A stretch of DNA of 64,000 nucleotides from Octopus bimaculoides. Taxonomy: Eukaryota. The stretch lies in assembly GCF_001194135.2 (NCBI RefSeq), contig NC_068990.1:64393454-64457453 (forward strand). The letters run 5' to 3'. How positions within the stretch are numbered: position 1 is the first letter of the stretch; each line of letters begins with the position of its first letter. Below, one piece after another: positions 1-13,411 of the stretch. The translations under genes and the position numbers were made by a program. The notes under the pieces are model-generated. The model saw nothing but the letters and a program-made list of their open reading frames with translations. It did no database searches and had not been told where the DNA came from.

Positions 1-164
1 CATTACACATATATACATATATATATAACAATTGCAGCGTGGAAGGTGTTTATAAGCCATTAAAAATAACACACAAAAGCCGTCAGATTCACTTCAACAT
101 TTAAATTTAATTTGTCAAAATATTTTCGTTGCTTTGAGACCGCGGCCTGTTCACTGACAAAATT

Positions 165-412
165 GTGGATTTGGTAGACGGAAACTGAAAGAAGCCTATC
201 ATGTGTGTGTGTGTGTGTGTCTATGTTTGTCCCCCATCACTTGACAACTGGTGTTGGTGTGTTTACATCCCCGTTACTCAGCAATTTGTCTGATAGAATA
301 AGTATCAAGCTTAAAAAGAAAATAAGTACCGGTGTTGATTCATTTGACTAAAATTTTTCAAGGCAGTGTCCCAGCATGGCCACAGTCTAATGACTGAAAC
401 AAGTAAAAAGTA
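165..412 (+). mobile_element. tRNA-derived SINE, family 1 (3' two-thirds)
   Basis: Runs gtggatttggtagacggaaactgaaagaagcc, an internal (TG)n, then ccagcatggccacagtctaatgactgaaacaagtaaaag. Same body as the full-length copy at 55903-56312. Confidence 0.8.
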
Positions 413-2556
413 AAAAAAAAATAAAATAAAAAATGGCAGGAGGAGTGGATTTTGAATGAGCAACCTGTGAGCATGCAGTTCAATACAATATTTACTTTAA
501 GTCTTCAAGTCAATGTAAAAAGTGGATATTGTGAAGAAGAGGACATTGAAGGTTGAGTAGGTGATACTTTGTTGGAGCTAGTTTAGTGATTCAGTGCAGT
601 TTCAACTTGAAAATTTTGTTCTCTATTTGAATCCAGTTGGCTTTACTTTGCTTTTTGTCTGTAAGTTGTTTTTTTTTACTCAGAGCTGCTTGAGACAGAA
701 TCACCCTACCAGTCCCCACCGTCATTACCCTACATATTTGATATGCAATGTAGGACAAACAGGATGGTGCAGCTTTACATGTCATGGCCAGATAAGCGTT
801 TATTTAATACTATTAACACTCTCCATGTTTTTTTTTCAACATATACACTAAATCGCCTGCATATACACACAGACATTTCATAACATACCAGCCTAGGCAC
901 CAATCTATGAATATTCTAATATGGTATACATAACTTGCATACACTGTAAGTTATGTATAGTGTCCCTTAAATTCCTTTCAGCTAAAGGTTGTAACAATTT
1001 TATTTATACAAACCAGCTCACCACTAACCATTGGAGCTATAGAAATTGTTGACTTAAGACCTCCCTTTCCAATATTTCCTCGTCCAGTTATCCCATCTGT
1101 TCCTTCCCTATATTTTTTGTTTGAAATGACTGAAAAACAGTTAACTCTGAGAATTTAGCCATCTCTTTCTAAGCAGTCTTCTAAAGATTACAATTTTAAC
1201 TTTTTATCTTTTTATGACCCCAAATTTCTCTTGCACTTGTGAAGGAAGCTGCTGTTACAAAAACTAGTTTTTTTCCCTCTCACTACTGTCATTTGAAATT
1301 AGATATTTTATGCTAATGTTTTTAGAACTACTTTCTTATTCATCTGTATATTTTTACTAAATCAGCAATTGCATAGCAGAGTCTGATATGTAGCAGATTT
1401 AGCTGTTCTTTCTAGTAGGCTGAGTGATTATATAGAACTTTTCTTGTTGGCTTGGCAAGACTCTAGTTAACTGGGCTAATGAAATCTAGCTGATGAGTGT
1501 GTTGATAACTAAAACATTTTCTTTTCTTTCTTTTGCATGAATAATGTCATAAATGCAGAGAACACTCAGTGTTTAGAAGTAGCATGATGAATATATTATA
1601 CTGGATGTGTGCTGCCTGTCTTTTAATTTTGTTATAAGATTACATCATTCAACATGTGCCTCTAGAATATGATCTACGGGAGATTTGGTAGCTATCACCA
1701 GCTGGTCAAGTTACCATCTAGACTAGTACTTTGCAAAGTAAGCAGTGCCATCCCATGGTGGTGCCAGGAAAAATTTAGATAGATACTTGGAAGGAAGGGG
1801 ATTGAAAGAGATATATGCATCTGTACAGTATATTTTTTAGTTTTCTATTTAAATATTAACTTTTAAAAGATTTAATGTGTTATTGTGATAAACTGCTTAT
1901 TAGCCACAAACATTTCTAATAGTGACAGCATCAAAAATAATTATAGACTTCAATATGTGAATGATCAAATGAAGAAATAAACAAACCCAAATATATACCA
2001 CATATGCATGTAAATTACAAACAACTAAAATATAGTTTAAAAGAAACTGTCAAAAAAAATTTGTGGTTATTTCCATACATGCAATAAAGACAACCACTGC
2101 ACTTGTACCTTTAGATAACATCCTGACTTGTATGTGAATATATATATCAATGTGTATGTGAATGTGAATACATATATGTGTATGTGAATATATATATCAA
2201 CATACAAGGGTAACAGCCAGGAGATCCAAATATAGAAAGTTTGTAAGCTTTAAGCAACCTGTGACAGTTATAGAGAACAAAAAGTGGACAGTGTACAATC
2301 AGGAACAATAACAATTAATTGGTATTGAATGTTACACACTTTTTCTCATATCAAAGTTACGAGGAAATTCGATAAGCTGATAGTTTCTTTATAGTTCATG
2401 GTTTGCAACTAGAGTTGCTACAAATGCAATTAAGGTAATCTCAGCCTGATGACTAGCTAAGTTGAGCACCCCTTATTGAGTAACTATTACATCAGAGGAT
2501 CAGCTAGCTAAGAAATATATGCAGCCTGCATTTCACCCATTCCACTCACTCAATAT

Positions 2557-2621
<65 letters not shown>

Positions 2622-2627
2622 TACATA

Positions 2628-3114
2628 CAGGTGGCCCAAAAGTAAGGTTTACAGTTATTCAACTATATCTTTTGCATTCATATATTAACCATTTAGATCT
2701 TAATTATGAAAAAGTATGAAACCATTATTCTATGCTAATTTAGTTAATTTTGTCATGCTCATAACCAAGCCTTTCTACAGCGTTGGTTTGGAAGACAGGG
2801 CAGCATCGAATGGCCATCACGTTCACCTGACCTGACACCAACAGATTTCTTTTTTGGGGGCATTGTAAAGAACAAGGTTTATGAGAAGAACCCCAAAACA
2901 GTAAGTGAATTAAACGATTACATTTCTGATGCATTCACTGAAACTGATGGAGATTGAAATTTGTGCTGCATTGTGTGTCAGAGTGTTCTCAAGAGGTTTG
3001 AAGAATATTGCAATGTTGAAGGAGGACATTTTGCACATCTGAGAGATTAAACATTGTCTGTTTAAGATGTGCATAAACAATATGATTGTAAGATAGAAAT
3101 TTAAATGTAATACA
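2628..3114 (+). mobile_element. Tc1/mariner-superfamily transposon relic (C-terminal transposase), cut by a gap
   Basis: Starts TA|caggtggccc after a (TA)/(CA) run. 2780-3050 translates, with a frameshift and a stop, to QRWFGRQGSIEWPSRSPDLTPTDFFL...KNKVYEKNPKTVSEL...CNVEGGHFAHL. This contains the WPxRSPDLxPxDFFLW motif of Tc1/mariner transposases. The right end is lost in the gap. Confidence 0.85.
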
Positions 3115-3996
3115 NNNNNNNNNNNNNNNNNNNNNNNNNNNNNNNNNNNNNNNNNNNNNNNNNNNNNNNNNNNNNNNNNNNNNNNNNNNNNNNNNNNNNN
3201 NNNNNNNNNNNNNNNNNNNNNNNNNNNNNNNNNNNNNNNNNNNNNNNNNNNNNNNNNNNNNNNNNNNNNNNNNNNNNNNNNNNNNNNNNNNNNNNNNNNN
3301 NNNNNNNNNNNNNNNNNNNNNNNNNNNNNNNNNNNNNNNNNNNNNNNNNNNNNNNNNNNNNNNNNNNNNNNNNNNNNNNNNNNNNNNNNNNNNNNNNNNN
3401 NNNNNNNNNNNNNNNNNNNNNNNNNNNNNNNNNNNNNNNNNNNNNNNNNNNNNNNNNNNNNNNNNNNNNNNNNNNNNNNNNNNNNNNNNNNNNNNNNNNN
3501 NNNNNNNNNNNNNNNNNNNNNNNNNNNNNNNNNNNNNNNNNNNNNNNNNNNNNNNNNNNNNNNNNNNNNNNNNNNNNNNNNNNNNNNNNNNNNNNNNNNN
3601 NNNNNNNNNNNNNNNNNNNNNNNNNNNNNNNNNNNNNNNNNNNNNNNNNNNNNNNNNNNNNNNNNNNNNNNNNNNNNNNNNNNNNNNNNNNNNNNNNNNN
3701 NNNNNNNNNNNNNNNNNNNNNNNNNNNNNNNNNNNNNNNNNNNNNNNNNNNNNNNNNNNNNNNNNNNNNNNNNNNNNNNNNNNNNNNNNNNNNNNNNNNN
3801 NNNNNNNNNNNNNNNNNNNNNNNNNNNNNNNNNNNNNNNNNNNNNNNNNNNNNNNNNNNNNNNNNNNNNNNNNNNNNNNNNNNNNNNNNNNNNNNNNNNN
3901 NNNNNNNNNNNNNNNNNNNNNNNNNNNNNNNNNNNNNNNNNNNNNNNNNNNNNNNNNNNNNNNNNNNNNNNNNNNNNNNNNNNNNNNNNNNNNNNN
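3115..3996. other. Assembly gap (882 N)
   Basis: Run of N. Other gaps: 28712-29137, 32963-32972, 42116-42125, 50389-50398, 63022-63123. Confidence 1.
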
Positions 3997-4160
3997 CACT
4001 ACATTCTCTGAGTGGTTGGCGTTAGGAAGGGCATCCAGCTGTAGAAACTCTGCCAAATTAGATTGGAGCCTGGTGTAGCCATCCGGTTTCACCAGTCCTC
4101 AGTCAAATCGTCCAACCCATGCTAGCATGGAAAGCGGACGTTAAACGATGATGATGATGA
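3997..4160 (+). mobile_element. SINE/LINE 3' end with (ATG)n tail, family 2 (RTE-type tail)
   Basis: Ends cgtccaacccatgctagcatggaaagcggacgttaaacgatgatgatgatga. Nearly identical to the reverse complement of 25845-25932. The RTE link is inferred from the short-repeat tail. Confidence 0.75.
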
Positions 4161-4249
4161 TATATATTATATATATATATATATATATATCATCAGTAAA
4201 TCATAAATATGAAAGAGAAGTACGCTTTAAGTTATAGAATAGAAATTAG

Positions 4250-4426
4250 ATAAAGGTAGTTATGGCTGGTCTATGAGGGTACCCTTGGTTCCACATCCAT
4301 AAAGCACTTTACAGCGTTTCTTCAGACCCTAATCTGGGTTTGGGTCTGAAGAGATGCCGTAAAGCTAAGAGCTTTATGGACATAAAACCCAGGGTAGCCC
4401 CATAGACTGGCCATAACTATCTTTAT
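4250..4426. mobile_element. Foldback (palindromic) MITE-like element, about 177 bp
   Basis: The left arm ataaaggtagttatggctggtctatg...ttcttcagaccc pairs with the right arm gggtctgaagag...catagactggccataactatctttat around a ~12-nt centre, with one ~6-nt indel. Confidence 0.75.
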
Positions 4427-5576
4427 GTAATATATATATATAATATGCATATGTACATGTTTAAACAGTGTTGATTTTAGCTGTGATTGTCATCTGTTAA
4501 CCTCATAATAGATATATAATATATAGACATGTGTTACCTTGTATGTGGGCAGAGAAATCAATATAAGTGTGTGTAAGCAAAGAAACTACAACTGTGACTC
4601 AGAATATAAAGATATAGCTATGGAGCATATGTGAGGCACAAAGAATGTATACCTGCTGAAGCTTAGGTCAAACAATATTGCATCAAATATTTGCTTATAG
4701 TAGAATGATTGGATGATAATATGGTAAGTTCTCACCCACTTTCAAATTAGTTGTAGGAGCATAATTAATCTCGCCTGATATTACATATATTCACATTAAA
4801 AATGGGTGGGGAATATTTCCTACCAAGAGGGTATGTAAAAGTGATTGTAAAAGATAAAAAGAAGTTAGTTAAAGAAGTTCGAGAAACACCAGACATAGAG
4901 CTTCCCATGTTATATCTTTTAAACTGTAGATGTGAGTGTGGTGTGTGTAAATTGTGAACAGCTGTGGCTATGTGTAATGTTTGTAAATAAATATTGTGTG
5001 TGTGTATGCTGTTTGTACATTGTGTATAGTCTTAAGTAGTGTGAATGGTTTTGTAAAGTGCTTAAAAATTGTGCGTAGTTTGTAAATTGTATATGCATAT
5101 CAACTCTAATGGCATTCCAACCATGACCATTCTGTCTTTTGTATTGTTTTTTTAGTCATTATATCTAGAATAACAATATCCAATATATCTTCAAAAAAAT
5201 TACAGGGAGTAATTTGAGGTAGCTTTGGTGATTATTGGAGGTCAAGTAAACAATGCAAGTGCCCCTTTGCAACATCTGAAACTGTGTGAAAGTGTGTATT
5301 ATGTTTGCAAATGTGTGCTGATGCAAATATGTTTACATTAGGATGCCGATTGCCACAGTGTGTGTTGTATGTATACATGCATGCATGTGTGTTTCTGTTT
5401 TTCTTTTGTTACATTCGTAGTTCAGCCTTTATGACCACATACTCGATATATGTGTGTGTTTGTGTGAATGAATTATCTTCATCATTGTTTTAACGTACAT
5501 ATTCTATGCTTGCATGTATATGTGTATGTCGCTCAAAGATTTATTATATATATATAAATGTATGCATGTGTGTGTG

Positions 5577-5624
<48 letters not shown>

Positions 5625-5625
<1 letters not shown>

Positions 5626-6161
5626 TTTTTTCTAATCCTTTAATCCCACTGTCCCCTACCCATTTCTCCTCTTTCCATGTGACCGGTGTCCAGCCACCCA
5701 TGATCTTTCTTTCTTGGCCTGACTGCCGACTGTTGACACGTCTTGTGTCCATCTCCCATGTTCCTGCCTTTAGGCTTTCATCCCATACACACCAGCTCAA
5801 GTTGAATCGTTCTCAGTCGAAAGACGCCAGTTGTTATTTCTTGTTGTTTGTATTCGTAATTTTGTACCATGTTCTTCCTTTCTTGTTTGTTTGCTTTTTG
5901 GTTTTTGTTGCCGTACACATTTGCTAGCTTTCTTACAAAGGGTCTAATGCTCTTAGCTTAGACGTTTTTGGAGATAACCAGATCGAACCATCTCAAGTGT
6001 AACTGTCCAAAATGGTCGTGACTTCTGGTACTTGACTGAAGAAAGAAAGCCAAGAATGACCCGTCTTTTTTGCCTGTCCTTCTAATTTTTGTGTCTCTTG
6101 TCTGCCTTTGCGTTATCTATTTGTCTGAATGTTTTAATGCCCTCTATTGCGTTTTTGTTCC

Positions 6162-6165
<4 letters not shown>
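5625..6165. mobile_element. Unclassified ~540-bp insert bracketed by (TA)n runs
   Basis: A higher-GC block containing CpGs, with (TA)n on both sides. No recognisable coding motif. Confidence 0.4.
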
Positions 6166-6212
<47 letters not shown>

Positions 6213-6241
6213 CATTTATATGTATGCATTTGTATCTACTG

Positions 6242-6362
6242 TTCTTATACAATAATGTTGTTGACAGTGACTTCAGCATTTCAGCTGGTTAAACCGTTGT
6301 CGGGCAATAGGCTAGCTGGCTGAAACTTCAAAGTCACTGTCAACAGCATTCTTGTAGAAGAA
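6242..6362. repeat. 121-nt ungapped palindrome (long hairpin)
   Basis: Position i pairs with 12604-i. By hand count: 44 Watson-Crick pairs, 7 G-U pairs and 9 mismatches over 60 positions, centred on 6302. Confidence 0.9.
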
Positions 6363-6619
6363 GAATAAATATGTACTGTACAAAAGTATGGAGTAACCCA
6401 TCAGATTAATGTAAAATTGTTTTTATTATAACTGAACATAAAAACAAACATAATGAATATATGTATGTATACATCTATCTGTCTGTATATGTGTGTGTGT
6501 GTGTGCGTATTTGTGTGTGTACATAATGTGTGTAGATATGCTTGTTTGAGATACACATTTTGCTGGAAGATTGTTTTTCTTTAGTAATTTGTGAAAATAT
6601 GTTAGTCTTAGTAATAGTC

Positions 6620-7400
6620 TTATGACTGTAATCCCTCCAACACCATCACTATCACCAAAACCAGACTGGCAACCACACCACTGCCACCACCACACCACCA
6701 ATTCATTTGTGCATTAAAAATTACCACCACCATATTTATCGCTTCTGTCACCACCAACACCTCTTATCAGTTATTCTTACTGTATGTAACTTCATCCACC
6801 ACTTCAGCCACCATTACTACTGTGACCACCACATTGAAAACAGAATTAAGTGTTGTTAAGAAATATATTTATTTTCATATTTCTTCGAATTTAATATAAT
6901 TTTAGAACATCCCTTGGAGATACAGAGCACAAACAACACTGCAATCATTTAACTACCAACAACCACTTCCTCACCACCACTTAAAGGACATATAACAATA
7001 TTATATTGAAGAACAGTTATGTTAGCACTAACAAGAACATCCCATCTGCATCCGTGTTTGTTATGATGATGATCATCATCAACTTGAGCAACAATATTTT
7101 CAACATCAGCACTATCAGCTTTGTTGCTGCTCAATGAACAGTAAGAGAAATAATACCGCTGCCATCATGGTCAGCACCATGGCACCGTCACCAGAACCAC
7201 CATCACCAGAACCACCACCACCACCACCACTGCTACTATAACCAATGCCACATCACAACTGTTGTCTTTGACATCATCTTAACTAATGCTATTTCTACTA
7301 TTTTAACTACCACTGTCAGAGCTACAACCATCAATGCACCACTATCTCTGTCACCGTGAATACCATTGCTACTATTACTGGCATCTACTGCCTTATGCTA
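6620..7400. repeat. Degenerate (ACC/CAT/ACT)-rich low-complexity tract
   Basis: Repeated caccac/catcac/actact triplets. The ORFs here are compositional. Confidence 0.6.
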
Positions 7401-10400
7401 CCACCACAAAAGCAATTTACTTGATATTTCATTAATATATTTTCAAAACTTATCACCTGGAGGGGAAATATTCTCTGTCTTAATGTTGATTACTGTTTAC
7501 ATAAGTTCCTGTTGTTTATTTATCACTCATTTCATTTCCACCCCTCCTTTATCTTGTTTGTCTTTTTTTCTACTTCCGTTTTTGATTCCCCCCACTCTCT
7601 CATATCCATTTACTGTTTCTCTTTACCTTCTCTTTTTTTTGTCTTCATTTCTTTTTTTTTTTTTTCATGCTCTTGTCATTTCCTTTTCTCTTTCTCTCCA
7701 GTTTCCTCTCAGAAAACTGCTACCATTACCAATGCCACATCACAGAGTTCCTCTCTCTTGCTCTAGATTTTTTTACAGTTTTTATATTTGAAATCTTTTT
7801 TACTCTACAAGGAAGGAAACTGATATTGGTATTTTTAAGATCCTTAATTGAAGAGTCATCATCATCATCATTTAATGTCTGTTTTCCATGCTGGCATGGG
7901 TTGGACAGTTCATGAAATAATAAATATAGTTATTAAAATTAGCTCTAATGTATTACTGGTACTTTCCTTTAATGACATTGAAGGTAGATATTGATCATCA
8001 AATTTGGAAATGTTCAGCAACAATCTATGAATTCATCCCTCCCTCTTCCACTGGGAATAATGTATTGAGGAAATCCTTAGAGCAGTGCCTTGTGGTGTTT
8101 AGACCTAGCTCTTTATGTCCTGCATCCAAATCGTGCAGAGGTCAGCTTTGCTTTCAAATTTTCAGAGTTGATGAGATAAATATCAATCAAGTATGGAGTC
8201 AAACAAATGAACTAGCGCCTCTTCTAAATTTCAAACCTTGTGCATATGCTAGAAGCAATTAGAGTGGTGGATTGGCAGTAGCCTTAGGACACCAGACAAA
8301 ATGTGTTATGGTATTCAGCTGTGGATCTTATTGTTCTGAGTTCAAATTACACTGAGGTCAAATTTGACTCTGATTCCTTTGGGGTAACTTTTTTAACTTC
8401 TTTTTGCTGCTTCTGTGGATACCGTGACTCTCTATCACCACCCAATTTCATTATTATGAATTTGGATTGGGAACATAATCATAGTGAATCTTTCATTAAT
8501 TGATTGCGCAACCATGGGCACCACCCCTACGGGTGTGTTGCAGTTACTCTCTTGATAGGACTCAGTGGTCCTGACCATTGATCTTCTAGGATTCCTCTGC
8601 TCAGCATCCATGTAAGAAGAACCATTGACTCAATTGAACTGTTCCACTACCTTTTTACAATCCGCCATGCTGCAGTCCCATTACTTCGCTGTACTCTTGG
8701 CAGAGTGGCTGAACAGGTGCTAAGCTTTGCCAAAGGGCAGCCAGTAACCATGCAGGGCACAGCCATCGCTCTGTGAGGGATTTTCCAAATTAAAGTAATA
8801 GTCAGATTTTAGGCTTTGTGTTAGAAACAATCATTCACCATCATCATCATCATCACTTTAATGCCAGATGAAATTTGTTGAAGTAGATTTTCTATAGCCA
8901 GGTGCTCTCTCTGTCTCCAACCCTCTTCACCAGCTTTCAAGCTTGATACTATTTCCTTTAGTATTTTGAACATGGGCAACATAGCTGGTGGGCATGTTTT
9001 CATGTAAGATTGTAAACAATTGTCACTGATTGTATGACAGTGGCATTTGTTTACAATTAGCATGTAGTGTCAAGAGGAGCCACAAACATGCATACACATG
9101 CATGTGTACATGCACATGCATACACATGCATGTGTACATGCACATGCATACATATTATAATATATATGTGTGTACATGTGTGTATCTGTGTTGGACTTCT
9201 TTCAATTACTCTCAAGGTTTTGGTTAACCTGGGACTGCTGTAGGAGACACTTGCCCAATGTGCTGCACAATAAGATTGAACACAAGCCACATGGTTGTGA
9301 AGTAAACTTGTTAACCACACAGCCATACCAATAACAACAACAGCAGTAATAATAACTGTTTAGCTGCTGCTGTTTTACCTCAAACAATTATCAAGAATGA
9401 GAAATCTATGAAGTGCTTTTTGTCTGAAGTTTTCATTCAGCCCTGAGGGAAAGATATTGCCTTTTCCAGTAATTGGGAGCTGCACTGTGTAAACAAACAA
9501 GTAATAATGATGATTTCTTACATTGGTACAATGCCAAAAAGTTTAGAGAAGAGAGTATGGTTAATGTAATTGATCTCCTTTTATCATTATGAACCTTAGA
9601 GAGTTAAAAGCAAAAGTCAATCACTGCAGGATTCTGAGTTCAGATTCTTCTGAGTCTTTTAAAAAAAGTAAAGGTTTGAGATTTCAACTCGTAATGTAAA
9701 CAAGCATAATGAAATGCTTTAAAGTGTTTAGTTCCCTACCATTTCTGCCAACAGCATTATAAGAAACCAATGAAGTTGACTCTACTACTTAACCATTCAT
9801 TCTACTAGAAATCACAACCAAATATCTCTTCAGCCATGTTTTAAAATTGGGAAGGTCACATTACATTATGTAGTCATGGATATCCTTTAAAAGATGTCTT
9901 AAGATGTCGAGTTTGCTTGATCATGGATGAGCTGGGGTTAAACAGCATTCATTATAAATATATAGGATATATGTAGATGTGCAGCCTTATGTTTAAGGCA
10001 TAAAGGGAAAATTAGAAGTTATAGCTTTCTTGTTTTCTTAAAGGGTTCTTTATTTCTTATTTAGGCATTGAGCTTTAGATATAAGAATAGAGTTGTAGGG
10101 TTTGATTAAGAATACATGCGGTTGCATTAGTATTGTCTTTGTAGTTTAACCACCTTTTCTTGTTGACCTTGCATTTCACATATCTGCCATACACTGCCAT
10201 TTGTTATTGCCTCGTGTGTCAGACCTGATTGCAAACCAGTCTGCTTCCTTTGTTATGTGATGTAGTTATTTGAATTTAGATGCTTATAGATAAGACAGGT
10301 CTAAAAACAATAAAAGCAATGCAAAGAGAAAGCTACACTAAAACCATTTAGATGGTGATTGATGTCGTTGAGTAGTTGTAGTCACTTTTGCAAGAGCAGA

Positions 10401-11240
10401 CCTATGGCACAAATACAATCAATTAAACATTTCGACACAGCACTTTGGTGACTTCATTTAAACATGAAACAATAATTCACTTGACCAACCCTATGGCATT
10501 GTGGTAACAAATCAAATATCTGTGATGTGAATTGGGGTAGTTGTAGATCCCAGTACATCATTCTATAGATTGCATTCTAATGTGAGCTGAGACTAAGCAG
10601 CATCATACTACCTACCATATTTAGCTGTTGTTTAGTGAGTGCAGTATTTCTATCTGAGCCTATTGCAAATTGATAAGTGTGTGTATTTCTTATATATGTG
10701 TGAATTACCAAAATCTGCTCTCATTTCTTAATGCTGTTCTAAGCTATTGCTTTGGGTCAAGTGTCAGACTTTGGTTATGTAAATGTTGTTACTGCTGTCA
10801 GTGTTATCTTTGTTAGTGTTGCTATCATTGTTGATTTGAAGTAGAAGACTATGTGGATTGTGTGTGTGTGTGTTTTAATTAACATTTTATCACTTTTCTC
10901 TCCATTTCCAAAATTAGTAATTATCAGTATTTCTCCTTTAATAAAATAATATAAAAAATAATTTTAAAAATGGTGCAAAAACACAAGAAAATTTTACTCT
11001 ATTATTAATAAGTTGGAGGTTGGGAGGGGATTTAGTGGTATGATGGTAAGTTCCTTAGTGAATATTATTATTGATTATAAACATTATTATTGCAATGAAG
11101 TTGGCAAAGATAGCGAAAATAACCAGATACCATATGGTATTTTGTCTGATGCTTTTCATTATTATTGCTAGCAGAAAAACACCCTCCAGACATTTTTCTG
11201 TTGGTCTTTATGATAAAGAGATTTTTTTTTTTTAATATAG

Positions 11241-11316
11241 ATATGTAATGTATGGAAAACATTACAGGTTGAAGACTGGACCATCAGACATTTCAGAAAT
11301 TCCTCCTCCTCCATGG
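11241..11316 (+). CDS. Candidate internal exon: YVMYGKHYRLKTGPSDISEIPPPPW (phase 2 to 0)
   Basis: Acceptor ttttttttttttaatatag|, donor TGG|gtactt, 76 nt open and a protein-like peptide. No homology check was possible. Confidence 0.45.
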
Positions 11317-11569
11317 GTACTTGCACACACATACATGTATGTATGTGTGTGTATGTATGTAAGTAATAACACAGATGGGCTAAGGTTCACTACAGTTGTT
11401 TCAGACGTGTTTCTTTTTATTGATGAAGAAATCAGTTACATCATGTAAAAAAAAATGTTTTCTTCTGGTGAATTATAAATACAATTTAACATTTAGGATT
11501 TTTCTCACAATTCGTATATAATGTACACACACACACATATAGATAGATGCCTATGTGTGCGTGTGTGTG

Positions 11570-11686
11570 TTCATACATTTTAAATACAACAGAATATATT
11601 TATTGTACCAAAAATATATATTCATACAATTTAAATACAACAGAATATATTTATTGTACAAAAAAATATATTCATACACTTTAAAT
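11570..11686. repeat. Tandem repeat, ~50-51 bp unit x2.3
   Basis: The unit ttcatacaatttaaatacaacagaatatatttattgtacaaaaaaatata occurs twice, plus a partial third copy. Confidence 0.9.
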
Positions 11687-11929
11687 GTGACTTGTTCAAC
11701 TTTAACCAAGTAGACACTCCAATTCTTGCTGTGATATACACTTTTGTACCTAACACATTCCCACACACACACAGAAAAACTTTATACATTAATGGTCTGG
11801 TCCATTATTTTCCTTGATAGAAACCTCTCATCGTTTTTTTGTGATTGTATTTATAAATTATTCATATTTGTAGCTATTATAATCATAAGTCACAATAAGT
11901 AATTATAATAATGATGATGATAATAATAA

Positions 11930-12480
11930 TAATATAATAATGATTTTGGCACCAGACCAGCAATTTTGAGAGAGGGGATAAGTTGATTACATTAACCCCA
12001 GTGTCCAACTGGTACTTGTTTTATCGACCCTGTAAAGATGAAAGGCAAAGATGACCTTGGTGGAATTTGAAATTTGAATGTAAGGACAGATGAAATGCTG
12101 CTAAGCATTCTGCCAACTCACTGCCTTAATGATAACACAAATAATAATCCTTTCTACTATAGGTATGGGAGCATCTAGTTGATTACATCAACTCCAGTGC
12201 ATAACTGGTATATATTTCATTGACTCCGAAAGATTAAGTCCACCTCCATAGAATTTGAGCTCAGAAAAGCCAGCAATTTCAGGGGTGGGAATAAGTCGAT
12301 TACATTGACCCCCAGTGTTCAACTGATACTTCTTTTATTGATCTCGTAAGGATGAAAAGCAAAGTTGACCTCAGCAGAATTTGAACTTAGAACTTAAGGA
12401 CAGATGAAATGCTATATTTTGCCTGGCATACTAATAATTCTGACAACGCACTACCTTAATAATGATAATGATGATGATGA
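11930..12480 (-). mobile_element. Head-to-tail array of three family-3 tRNA-SINE units with (AAT/GAT)n flanks
   Basis: Recurring gattacat..accccagtg..caactggtactt...gatgaaaggcaaag..gacct..g.agaatttgaac. On the minus strand the head carries A/B-box-like motifs (B box gagttcaaattcc). Confidence 0.8.
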
Positions 12481-13026
12481 TGATGGTTTGTTTATTTTCT
12501 GCCCAGGTTAGAACATTTGGGGAATGATTTGAACATAATAATCTGATATCTTAGGGGCTAGGATGAAATTGATTCCTAGTTATTGAGTGGTAAGTTGAAC
12601 GGGGGTGGATTTGAAGTTTCCCCACCAGCATATTTTGAAAAGGAAAAAATATCAGTGGTAAATTCGTTGGTATGGTTGTTTGTTATGTTATAGGCCTTAG
12701 GATATACCCAATACACGGTTTCTGCTATTTCTAGCATACAAAATGACAATGTAGAGATTGGACTGCCTTTGAGTTTGATTAAAAGAAAGATTAGTACTGT
12801 GTGAAAATAATGAAAGGAATATTTACTGAGTGAGTGAGTACTATTAGATGAATAAAGGATACAAAGGAAAATTAGATGTGGCATAGAAAAATGACACAAA
12901 GTGGGAATCAGATGAATAAGTATCATTTAGGAACTTGCGTAAAACTGCCTGGAGGCTAGTAAAAACAATGAAGTGTCTAATTAAACAGCTAACAGTATTT
13001 AGTTTTGTAAAATATGTATATGTATA

Positions 13027-13094
<68 letters not shown>

Positions 13095-13147
13095 CACATA
13101 CATACACATCCTATCCTATTTTATAAATATACATACCTATATATATC

Positions 13148-13400
13148 TGACTGCGGCCATGCTGGAGCACCGCCTTTAGTCGAGCAATTTGACCCCAGGA
13201 CTTATTCTTTGTAAGCCTAGTACTTATTCTATCAGTCTCTTTTGCCGAACCGCTAAGTTACGGGGACGTAAACACACCACCATCGGTTGTCAAGTGATGT
13301 TGGGGGGAGGACAAACACAGACACACAAGCATACACACACACACACACACACACGCACACATACATATATACGACAATCTTCTTTGCAGATTTAAGGACC
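13148..13400 (-). mobile_element. Family-1 SINE, 3' half
   Basis: tgactgcggccatgctggagcaccgcctttagtcgagcaa...gccgaaccgctaagttacggggacgtaaacacacc is the reverse complement of the family-1 body. Confidence 0.85.
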
Positions 13401-13411
13401 ACATTTCATAC

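Noticed and set aside
1664-1737. Exon-like NMIYGRFGSYHQLVKLPSRLVLCK with a gtaagc donor
   Set aside because: It overlaps a short dispersed repeat (gatttgagggagatttgg-like) also seen near 5205, 15855, 31100, 32525 and 36485.
2989-4092. 367-aa ORF, and the five ORFs of ~180-208 aa at 28575-29215
   Set aside because: They are mostly X because they span N-gaps.
5940-6060. Possible minus-strand hammerhead remnant in the TA-flanked insert
   Set aside because: The core nucleotides are not matched (cttgaga, caaaa) and there is no stem I.
7988-8140. Candidate exon within the 104-aa ORF 7948-8262
   Set aside because: Weak acceptor and donor (gtcagc), no recognisable motif, and the phase (1 to 1) does not connect to exon 11241.
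12844-13214. YI/HT/CV-repeat ORFs here and at 5.5, 6.1, 22.7, 29.5, 32.8, 42.0, 59.7 and 60.8 kb
   Set aside because: They are translations of (TA)n, (CA)n and (TG)n microsatellites.
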